This document shows, one piece after another, positions 1 to 8,538 of a stretch of 64,000 nucleotides of DNA; the first letter of the stretch is position 1, and each line of letters opens with the position of its first letter. Made by a program: the position numbers and the translations under genes. Origin of the DNA: Blastocatellia bacterium (GTDB lineage Bacteria > Acidobacteriota > Blastocatellia > HR10 > J050); assembly GCA_026985075.1 (NCBI GenBank), contig JALSQX010000005.1, positions 21,417-85,416 on the forward strand, read 5' to 3'. The notes below the pieces were generated by a model. The model did no database searches. It was not told the origin of the DNA and worked only from the letters and a program-made list of their open reading frames with translations.

Positions 1-1
1 A

Positions 2-916
2 GTGGTCAATCCAGGCATGCACACGGATGACATTCTCCGCCGATTCGGCCAGGGGCGACAGATCCTGGCCAGCCTCGATCATCCAAATATCGCCCGGTTG
101 CTCGATGGAGGGGCCACCGAAGACGGACGACCTTATTTCGTCATGGAATACATCGAGGGAGAACCGATCACGCAATACTGTGACCAGCAGCGACTTTCCA
201 TCAGAGAACGATTGCGATTATTCCAGCAGGTATGCGCTGCCGTTCAGTATGCTCATCAGAATCTCATTGTGCATCGGGATTTGAAGCCCAGCAATATTCT
301 GGTCACCACTGAGGGCGCGCCCAAACTTCTGGATTTCGGCATCGCCAAGATCCTCAATCCCCAACTCACCGAATGCTCCTCGATGACCATGACGCTGGGA
401 GTACGACCGATGACGCCCGAGTATGCCAGTCCGGAGCAAGTGCGCGATGGGCCTGTCACCACGGCGAGCGATGTGTATTCGCTCGGCGTCCTCCTCTACG
501 AACTGTTGACCGGGCACCGCCCCTATCGCCTGACCAGCCATCAGCCGGAAGAGATGTGCCGCATTATCACCGAGACCGAACTGGAGAAACCGAGCACCGC
601 CATCGGCCGACGCGATGAGCAGCGCCCGGCAGACGCTCACCTCCCCTCCCAACCCACCGCAGACCAGAGGCCGCCGGCGAACGGGCCGCTCGCCATCGAG
701 GTCATCAGCCGCCAGCGCGATACCACGCCGCAGCGACTCAAGCAACAGTTGAAGGGGGATTTGGACAACATCGTGCTGATGGCGCTCAGGAAGGAGCCGA
801 CCCGGCGGTATGCCTCGGTGGAACAGTTCGCTCAGGACATCAAGCGATACCTGGATGGACGCCCCGTCTTAGCGCGCGAAGATACGCTCACCTATCGCAC
901 CGGGAAGTTCATATGA
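2..916 (+). CDS. Ser/Thr protein kinase catalytic domain. 5' end is outside the window. Ends at an in-frame TGA.
   Basis: HRDLKPSNIL, DFGIAK and SPE motifs. The TGA at 914-916 is in the same frame as the ATG at 923. Confidence 0.85.
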   Translation: MVNPGMHTDDILRRFGQGRQILASLDHPNIARLLDGGATEDGRPYFVMEYIEGEPITQYCDQQRLSIRERLRLFQQVCAAVQYAHQNLIVHRDLKPSNILVTTEGAPKLLDFGIAKILNPQLTECSSMTMTLGVRPMTPEYASPEQVRDGPVTTASDVYSLGVLLYELLTGHRPYRLTSHQPEEMCRIITETELEKPSTAIGRRDEQRPADAHLPSQPTADQRPPANGPLAIEVISRQRDTTPQRLKQQLKGDLDNIVLMALRKEPTRRYASVEQFAQDIKRYLDGRPVLAREDTLTYRTGKFI

Positions 917-922
917 CGGCAT

Positions 923-2461
923 ATGGTCGGCGTGATGGCAGCTCTGTTCGTGGTCCTCTCGCTGGTGGGTGGTCTGGCCGTCGCCATTTGGCAGGCACAG
1001 GTGGCCGAAGCCGAACGAGCTCGAGCCGAACGGCGATTCAATGATGTGCGCCAGTTGGCCGATTTCCTCCTGTTCGAATTGTATGATGCCGTTGGCAGCC
1101 TCCCCGGGTCAACGCCCGTGCGGCAGCGGCTGGTCGAGCGAGCGCTGGAATATCTGGACAGCCTGAGCAAAGAGGCGGAAGGTGATCTCGCTCTCCAGGA
1201 AGACCTGGCCATGGCCTACGAACGGGTGGGCGACATCCAGGGGAATCCCAACTTGTCGAACCTGGGTGATATGACCGCGGCGCTCCAGAGCTATCGTCGG
1301 GCGCTGAACATTCGCCTGGCCTTGCTATCGGCTGACCCCACCAACGTGGAATGGCAACGCCATACCGCTCGAACTCTCCAGCGCATAGGCGATATCCTGT
1401 GGTGGAGTGGCGATACGCCGGGAGCCTTGGAGAGCTACCAACGCGCGCTTGACATTCATCAGGACCTGCGGAGCCAAGATCCAACCGATGAAACCACTCG
1501 CCGCGATCTGGCCGTGAGCCACGTCAACATCGGCGATGTGCTGGCCTGGAACGTCAAGACGGATGAAGCACTCGACCACTACCATCGAGCGCTCGCCACC
1601 CTGGAGGCGTTGTCGGTTCTTCATCCCGCCGATCCCCATATTCGCCGTAACCTGGCCAACTGTTACACGCGAATCGGAGATGCCCTGGGATGGGCGGGGG
1701 ATGGCGCCCAGGCGGTGACCAACATCCAACGGGCGATCGGCATTCTGGAAACCTTGTTGGCGGAGACTCCCACCGATACGAAGACCAGCCGCGCCCTGTG
1801 GCTTGGCTACGTGAAATTAGGCGAAAATTCGGATCCCCGCCGGGCGCTAGAGTATTTTCACAAGGCCTTATCTCTCGCCGAACGTCTCTCGGCCGCCGAT
1901 CCTCTCAATGCTCGGGCTCGCCGCGATTTGGCCCTCAGCTACGCTAAAATTGGAGACACGCTGGTCGAAACGGGGGATGCCTCTGCTGCGTTGAAGATGT
2001 ATCGCCAGGCGTTAGCCATCCAACGAGCCTTGTCGCAAGAAGACCTCAAGAACGCGGAAATGCGTCGGGACCTGGCCAATACGTTCACGCGAATTGGCGA
2101 TAGTCTCACCGTGATGGGTGACCTGTCCGGGGCGTGGGAGAACCACCGCCAAGCCCTCACCATTCGAGAGGCCCTGTTAGAGCAAGACCCGGCCAATGAA
2201 GCGATCCGTCGCGACGTAGCCATCTCCTGCATCAATCTGGGCGACATCGCCTCGACGCTGGCAGCACAGTCGACATCGTCTCCCCGGCAACAGATTGCAT
2301 ACTGGCGGCGAGCGCGCACCTGGTCTCAACGGAGCCTGACCATCTGGCGCGACCTCCGTCAACGCGGGGTATTAAAGGGAGCCGACGTTGAAATGTTGGA
2401 CCACCTGGCCAGCCGAGTCGCTCAATGCACCGCGGCCATTGAGCGACTCACCGGCCGGTGA
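923..2461 (+). CDS. TM helix plus TPR-repeat domain. This is the detached C-terminal half of the kinase.
   Basis: Hydrophobic segment MVGVMAALFVVLSLVGGLAVAIW, then repeated TPR-like units (ALxxYxxAL...). The FI*RHM junction corresponds to the KF(I/V)RRH junction that, as far as I recall, precedes the TM in acidobacterial STKs. Confidence 0.75.
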   Translation: MVGVMAALFVVLSLVGGLAVAIWQAQVAEAERARAERRFNDVRQLADFLLFELYDAVGSLPGSTPVRQRLVERALEYLDSLSKEAEGDLALQEDLAMAYERVGDIQGNPNLSNLGDMTAALQSYRRALNIRLALLSADPTNVEWQRHTARTLQRIGDILWWSGDTPGALESYQRALDIHQDLRSQDPTDETTRRDLAVSHVNIGDVLAWNVKTDEALDHYHRALATLEALSVLHPADPHIRRNLANCYTRIGDALGWAGDGAQAVTNIQRAIGILETLLAETPTDTKTSRALWLGYVKLGENSDPRRALEYFHKALSLAERLSAADPLNARARRDLALSYAKIGDTLVETGDASAALKMYRQALAIQRALSQEDLKNAEMRRDLANTFTRIGDSLTVMGDLSGAWENHRQALTIREALLEQDPANEAIRRDVAISCINLGDIASTLAAQSTSSPRQQIAYWRRARTWSQRSLTIWRDLRQRGVLKGADVEMLDHLASRVAQCTAAIERLTGR

Positions 2462-2468
2462 GTCGCCC

Positions 2469-4015
2469 TCATCGCCCCGCCTCACCATCCCGATCGATCG
2501 CCCGCGCCATCTCCCTCACCCAGTCGACGATCCAGGCAAAGGGCCAGGACGAGCGTTCATCGACCGTCCACCGGGACATGGATGACCCGTCATCGGCGGT
2601 GCCAGCATTGATGGCGGCTTCGTCGGCAAACCCCGCAGTTTCATCCTGGGCTTCGTTCAACCCCAATCCTCCACGACCCCAGGCTGGCTGAGCGCTTCGG
2701 CCATCATTGGTCAGTTGGATGAACTCCTGGCCATCAACTCGGAGAGCGTATATATCACTGCGTTCCACAACCGGCGCGATCAGGTTGGTGATGATCTGGA
2801 CGTCAAAGGCGAGGTATTGCCCGTCGGGCGACCAGCTCGGACTGGTGACAAACTGCGTGGTTCTGGCCGAGGTGAGCTGGTGCAGTCCCGTGCCATCGGC
2901 ATTGATCACAAAGAGATCAGACCAACCAAAGGTAGTGAGAGAGTGGTTTGAATGAAGGCGATCTGCCGCCCGTCCGGACGCCAACGACACTGGGTGATCA
3001 GTCGGATGAACTGGAATGAGTCGAGGGGCACTTGATAGATGGCCCGTGCGCTGCTCCCATCAGGGTTCATCGACACGAGGAACGCCTGACCGGCGCCTGG
3101 CCCCAGAGCAGCACAAGCGATGCAGTCTTGAACCGGAGACCAGTCGGCCCCACTCAGGTCGAAGATCTCGGCCCCCGGTATGGTCATCGGCTGGAGCTCT
3201 CCTCCGCTCCACAGAGCGAGATGATTCCCGCCGGTTGGTCGCCATTCGGGAAGCCCCGTATTGGGATTGGGTTGTCGGATCATGGAACGAACGTGGTTGG
3301 TGAGGACGAGTCGCCTGCCATCTGGCGACCACGAGGGTTAAATCGATTTCGAGAACGTCGGCTGTAAGGTAATGGTTCCGGCATTGATCGTCTGCCCCGG
3401 TCGGACCGTTATCCTGGCGAATCCCATCGAGAGACCCGGTCCGCCCAAGGAATCATTCACGGTCGCTTGGGCGCGCACCCAGATGGCGTCGCGAGGGACA
3501 TTATTGAGCACAAACCGGCCATCGGCATCACAACTCGCCGTCTGTGCCGCACCCTGGGCGCTGACGATGCATCCGGAGAGGGTGCCATTCTGACCAGGGA
3601 CCACGCGCCCGGTGACTGTCCCTGTAGGGCCGGGGAGTTGACCGAGGACGCCGAATCCAGTGAGCTGTCGCAGATTCGTGCCATCGAACCGGATGGCATA
3701 GAGACTCATCTCTTCGAGGCTGCGCAGTCCATTGTTGAAGTCTCCACTGAAGGCCAACTGACGGTAGTCTTTCGACCATACCGGGTCTTGAAGCCGGAGT
3801 GAAAACGCAAAGTTCGTGAGGCGCCTTCGCTCGGCTGGGTTCTGGACATCCATCAGCCAGAGATTGAAAAGCTTTCGCGCCGGATCGCGGGATCCCGAAT
3901 CCTCATGCACAAAGGCCATGAGGCCCGGTGGGAGGCCCGGTCGCTGGGCGATCGAATCCCGGCCAATGGCCAGGACCATGATGGCAAGGAGCATTCCTGT
4001 GATCCACCGTTTCAT
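2469..4015 (-). pseudogene. TolB-like PD40 beta-propeller protein with a CarboxypepD_reg-like domain. Broken into three ORF fragments: 3338-4015, 2906-3283 and 2469-2990.
   Basis: Signal peptide MKRWITGMLLAIMVLAIG. Repeated W(S/R)PDG(Q/R)xxAF blades occur in all three fragments. In-frame stop between 3338 and 3283. Frame change in the 2906-2990 overlap. Confidence 0.5.
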
Positions 4016-4085
4016 TGCTCATCTCCTCCCTTGGGGGAAGGCACAGCGGTTTGACCATGTGCCTCCCCCGGCAGATTGGGTACAG

Positions 4086-5045
4086 CTATTTGAACGGAGG
4101 GCATGTACCCCCCTGCTCCACCTTGACGGTGAACGGCCCAGTCGCCTGCACTTCGTTGGCAACGACCACGAAGAAAGCCGGACCAGCGGGGAAATTGAGC
4201 GTATTGGGACTCGTGCTCACATTACTGAGTTGCTCGGTGTTGGGATCCAGTGCCCCAATGAGCGGGGTGAACGCCGACGAGGTGGCGGTGATACGAACCG
4301 ATCCCCCTGGCGACTGGAACTGGAACACTTTAGCGAAGTGGACGCCGCCCTGCTGATCTTGAACCTGAGGATCATTGGACGTCAGCTCACAGGCCAGCTC
4401 CTGGTTCATCTGGATTTGAACGGGCGCGTCCAGCGTCCCACCCGTGCAACCGCCTCCAGATGCGCCACACGCCTGGCACTCGAGCATGACCGTATAGGGT
4501 CCGGCGCTCTGGGGTGAATCGCCGTTGATGACGAGCGCATACTCTCCCGGCGTGGACAGTACGCCGGTATATGTGACGGGCATGTTGGGCGCTCCAGCGG
4601 ATATCGCTTGGAGAAAGACGAATGGTCCCCGCTGCGCATCGAAGAAAAATAATGCCGATTGTACGGGGAAGCTCGACGATTGGGCCGTGATGATGAACGG
4701 CTGATTCGGTTGCATGGTCGTGAATGAATAGGCGTCGAAGTGAGTTCCGTCCGAAAAGGTTTGATCCGTTTGATCGATCGATCCTTTCTTCGTCTCTCCG
4801 CAACTAATGGGAGGAAATTGCTGTTGGGCAGCGATTTGACTCATCAATGTTCCCGATGAGGTCAGGACATGCCACTTCGAGCGGTTCTGAGCGGCATGTG
4901 ATGGCCCGGTCGCCGATGATCCCATCATCATCAGTGGCCAGACGATGATGAGGGCCAGGAACTTTCTGCTTCTAAGCCCCCGGCTCGACCGTCGTGGCGC
5001 GGTGCCGGCCTGGCCTCGCACCTCTGAGCTCTTTGCTCTCGTCAT
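4086..5045 (-). CDS. Secreted hypothetical protein with a Cys/Gly-rich segment.
   Basis: Strong SD (AGGAGG) before the ATG at 5045. Signal peptide RKFLALIIVWPLMMMGSSA. No recognisable catalytic motif. Confidence 0.6.
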   Translation of the reverse strand: MTRAKSSEVRGQAGTAPRRSSRGLRSRKFLALIIVWPLMMMGSSATGPSHAAQNRSKWHVLTSSGTLMSQIAAQQQFPPISCGETKKGSIDQTDQTFSDGTHFDAYSFTTMQPNQPFIITAQSSSFPVQSALFFFDAQRGPFVFLQAISAGAPNMPVTYTGVLSTPGEYALVINGDSPQSAGPYTVMLECQACGASGGGCTGGTLDAPVQIQMNQELACELTSNDPQVQDQQGGVHFAKVFQFQSPGGSVRITATSSAFTPLIGALDPNTEQLSNVSTSPNTLNFPAGPAFFVVVANEVQATGPFTVKVEQGGTCPPFK

Positions 5046-5497
5046 GACGAGTACCTCCTATCGTGGAGTTCGAGGATCGGCCAATTGACCGTCCTCATCT
5101 CATAACGCGCAAATCGGTCTGGGAATGGCTCATCATCGCAGAACATCAGAATGACGCTTCAATGCCCATGAGCCATGGGGCGCCGTTAGTAGTGCAGTGT
5201 TATATCTCGACCGCACCACTCGCTTTTTCGGGTCCGAGCTTGGGAAATACACCACGCTGGCTTCCCCATCGACGAGGCAGGAGGGTGGTCTCCCGTGAGT
5301 GAGTCGTTGTGGGGTATCCGGGAGAGCCGGAGGATGACTCCTTTGCTGGCTCGTCAGTGACGGTGAGTGGTTCTTTCCGGGACGCTGAACTGATGTCTCC
5401 GACCCTCGAGCAATTGGGAGGGACTCCAGGTCGGTGTGCTGATGTATGAGCTCCAGAGGGGAAATGCTCGTCGGTATCCGGTGGGGGCGTACTCCGC

Positions 5498-5929
5498 TCA
5501 AATATCCAGAATCACCATGGCCCGCCACCCATCCGCGGTGCGTTCCACCTGAAAGCGATGCAGCGTGACGGCTTTCACATCGACGAGAAGCTCGTGTTTC
5601 TGAGGGTCGAGTTCTTCTCCAGAGGCTTCGGCGGCGAGCAGGGCGTGATCATCTCGTCGGTCAATGTGGACCCGGGATACGCGCAACAGGAGCCGTTCGG
5701 CATCTTTGTAGTAAATGAGCTCCTGGAGGAACTCAAACAGGAGCATATCAATGGCATCGGCTTCGGCTCGGATCGTTCGGTGCTCACGGGGGATGATGGT
5801 CGTCAGATCTTCCACCATCACGTTCATCGTCGCGTCGGCGGCGGCGATGAAGAGTTCCTCGAGCGTTTGGCCCCAGGCTTCGAAGGCGACGTCAGCAGTG
5901 GCGATGTCATCCAGGTATCGGTAGGGCAT
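5498..5929 (-). CDS. Archease (RtcB activator).
   Basis: MPYRYLDDIATADVAFEAWG N-terminus is typical of the archease family. The ORF extends to 5977, but MPYRY is the likely start. Confidence 0.8.
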   Translation of the reverse strand: MPYRYLDDIATADVAFEAWGQTLEELFIAAADATMNVMVEDLTTIIPREHRTIRAEADAIDMLLFEFLQELIYYKDAERLLLRVSRVHIDRRDDHALLAAEASGEELDPQKHELLVDVKAVTLHRFQVERTADGWRAMVILDI

Positions 5930-5993
5930 CGAGATTCTCCCTCCACATCGGGCGAACGTGATCAGCGAGATACTCATTTCGGCTATCGGCCGA

Positions 5994-6911
5994 TCACCGC
6001 TCGCACGCGCGCAGTCGATTCACAATAGTCTCTCGGTCGTCGCTCGCGCCTTGGCCGATGAAGACCAGTTCGGTCTTTTGCGCAGCGAATTCTTCCAACT
6101 CCCATCGTCCCGTCACATAGTTGAACAGATAGCTTCCTTCGGGAAATCGAACGAATCCCTTGGCTCGATAAATGGCCGTCGGGAGTTCGGCAATGGCGTC
6201 TTCGAACTTGTCCCGATCCAAGAGCTTCTCGCTGGTGAAGGTGAAAGATTGCATGTTGACAGCAGTCTGACGAGAAGAAGGCTTGGGGCGTCCGCCAATG
6301 TCCAGACCGAGGAGTACATCGACATCGACATCGCATCGCACTGTCTTGAAGATGAGAGCCCTTTCGTTGAACGCGCGGACTTGAGCTTCGACGTCTTTCA
6401 CCTGTTCCGCGGTGATGAGATCGATCTTGTTGATGAGGATGACATCGGCCGCCTCCAGTTGCGTTCGAGCGGTGTAGCCGACGGCAGGGTATTTTATACT
6501 GGCATAAGCGTCGACGATACAGATGACGCTATCGAGGCGAACCTGGGGAAGATTATCTTCGACTTCGTACACCAGAGCATCGGCCTCGGCGACGCCAGTA
6601 GCCTCAACGACGATGAACTCCGGGTGCACGGTATCAATGATCTCCGCCACCGCTGCTTCGAATTCTCCGGTGAGCGAGCAGCAGACGCAACCGCCAGCGA
6701 GTTCGACGATCTGGACATTTTCGCCCTGAATGATTTGGCTATCGATAGCGATTTCTCCAAATTCGTTCATGAGCACGGCCAATCGCCGATCGGTCGTTTC
6801 CAATATACGGCGGAGCAACGTCGTCTTACCGCTGCCCAGTGATCCGGTGATGAGAGCAATGGGTGTTTTCATCATTGATGGTCGATTATTGGTCATGGTG
6901 AGAGGAGCCAT
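5994..6911 (-). CDS. COG0523 (CobW/Zng1-like) G3E GTPase metallochaperone.
   Basis: GSGKTTLL P-loop, GCVCCS metal-binding motif and CobW-C-like tail. The true start may be the MMKTP at about 6875. Confidence 0.85.
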   Translation of the reverse strand: MAPLTMTNNRPSMMKTPIALITGSLGSGKTTLLRRILETTDRRLAVLMNEFGEIAIDSQIIQGENVQIVELAGGCVCCSLTGEFEAAVAEIIDTVHPEFIVVEATGVAEADALVYEVEDNLPQVRLDSVICIVDAYASIKYPAVGYTARTQLEAADVILINKIDLITAEQVKDVEAQVRAFNERALIFKTVRCDVDVDVLLGLDIGGRPKPSSRQTAVNMQSFTFTSEKLLDRDKFEDAIAELPTAIYRAKGFVRFPEGSYLFNYVTGRWELEEFAAQKTELVFIGQGASDDRETIVNRLRACER

Positions 6912-6943
6912 GAGTCGATGGTACAGGCTTTGATGCGCATCGG

Positions 6944-8401
6944 TTATCCTTTGATGTTCCCGATAGGGACGAAGCGAACAACCCGTTTACTGATTCCCGC
7001 CAGCTCGGTCGCTTCAATCACGTCATCGATATTCTTGTAGGCCGGACCAGCTTCTTCGGCGAGTCCGGAGTAGGAGACGCTCCGTACGTAAATGCCGCGC
7101 GCCTCCATCTCCTTCTGGAGCTTCTTGCCCTGGAATTGCTTCCGCGCCTTCCGGCGACTCATGGTCCGACCGCTCCCATGGGCCGTGGTATAGAACGTTT
7201 GATCGCCGCTGGGAATGCCAGCGAGGAGATAAGACCCCGTCTCCATACTGCCGCCAATGATGACCGGTTGGCCGGTTTCTCGATAAATGTCGGGAAGTCC
7301 TTCCATGCCCGGACCAAAGGCGCGCGTCGCTCCTTTCCGATGGACGAGGACATCGCGCACCTCGCCGTCAACGACGTGTTTCTCCAGTTTGGCCGTATTG
7401 TGGGCGACATCGTATACCTGATGTAAACCGAGATCGGCCGGATCCTTATGAAAGACGTCAGAGAACACCTCGCGGATGCGATGAAGGATGACTTGCCGGT
7501 TGGCGAACGACATATTGATGCCGCATTTCATGGCCGCAAAATAATCCTGACCCTCGGGCGAGTGGAAGGGCGCACAGGCGAGTTCTCGATCCAGAATCTT
7601 GATCCCGTATTTGGTCTCCATCACTTTGAGAAAGATCTGCAGGTAGTCGGTGGCGACCTGGTGGCCGAAACCACGGCTGCCACAGTGGAACATGATCACC
7701 ACCTGATTGGGGAGCGTGATGCCGAACGCTTCGGCCAGCCGCCGGTCGAACACGTTCTCCGGCTTGGCCACTTGAATTTCCAGGTAGTGATTTCCCGAAC
7801 CCAAGGTACCAATCTGCTTGTAACCGCGTTCCACAGCTTTTTGGCTGATCTTAGAGGCGTCAGCGCCGGCGATACAGCCTCCTTCTTCCGTACGTTCGAG
7901 ATCTTCGGGCCATCCGTACCCGTTCTTGATGCACCAGCGAGCCCCTTGCTCCACCACTTGGCGGAACTCATCGTGGGAAATTCTCACAAACCCGGTGCTT
8001 CCTACGCCGGCCGGGACGCGCTGGAAGAGTTTGTCGACCAGCTCTCGCAGATGTGGTTTCACCTCTTCATACGTCAGATTGGTGAGCACGAGCCGCATGC
8101 CGCAATTGATGTCAAAGCCGATACCGCCCGGGGAGATGACGCCCGTCCGCGCATCCATGGCCGCCACGCCGCCGATAGGGAATCCATACCCCCAGTGACC
8201 ATCAGGCATACAGTAAGCGTACTTGAGAATACCCGGCAACGTAGCGACATTGGTCACTTGGTCGAAGACGCCTTCGTCCATTTCCCGGAGGAGCTTTTCC
8301 GTGGCGTAGATGCGTGCCGGAACGCGCATCCCGGGCTTATGTGTGGGGGGGATCTCCCAAACGGTATCCGAAATCTTCCTGATATCTTCAGGTATCGCCA
8401 T
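6944..8401 (-). CDS. rtcB: RNA-splicing ligase RtcB.
   Basis: GHWGYGFPIGG, HCGSRGFGHQ and AHGSGR motifs. The start at MAIPEDIRK has a GAGGAGGTG SD. The ORF track extends to 8476. Confidence 0.9.
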   Translation of the reverse strand: MAIPEDIRKISDTVWEIPPTHKPGMRVPARIYATEKLLREMDEGVFDQVTNVATLPGILKYAYCMPDGHWGYGFPIGGVAAMDARTGVISPGGIGFDINCGMRLVLTNLTYEEVKPHLRELVDKLFQRVPAGVGSTGFVRISHDEFRQVVEQGARWCIKNGYGWPEDLERTEEGGCIAGADASKISQKAVERGYKQIGTLGSGNHYLEIQVAKPENVFDRRLAEAFGITLPNQVVIMFHCGSRGFGHQVATDYLQIFLKVMETKYGIKILDRELACAPFHSPEGQDYFAAMKCGINMSFANRQVILHRIREVFSDVFHKDPADLGLHQVYDVAHNTAKLEKHVVDGEVRDVLVHRKGATRAFGPGMEGLPDIYRETGQPVIIGGSMETGSYLLAGIPSGDQTFYTTAHGSGRTMSRRKARKQFQGKKLQKEMEARGIYVRSVSYSGLAEEAGPAYKNIDDVIEATELAGISKRVVRFVPIGNIKG

Positions 8402-8538
8402 GGCTCGGTCACCTCCTCTCTCCAGCCGGGCATGGGCCTCCCCACGTCCGTCGGCTGGAGGGCATTCCTTGGTCAAACTGACGCGTGATTAGAATAAAAT
8501 ATAATCGCCAGTTGCCGTTCCGTCCAGCAGAAGTGGTG

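Noticed and set aside
914-916. TGA as selenocysteine/recoding site in the kinase.
   Set aside because: The other broken gene nearby uses TAA. There is no SECIS-like hairpin downstream. A CGA to TGA point change explains it.
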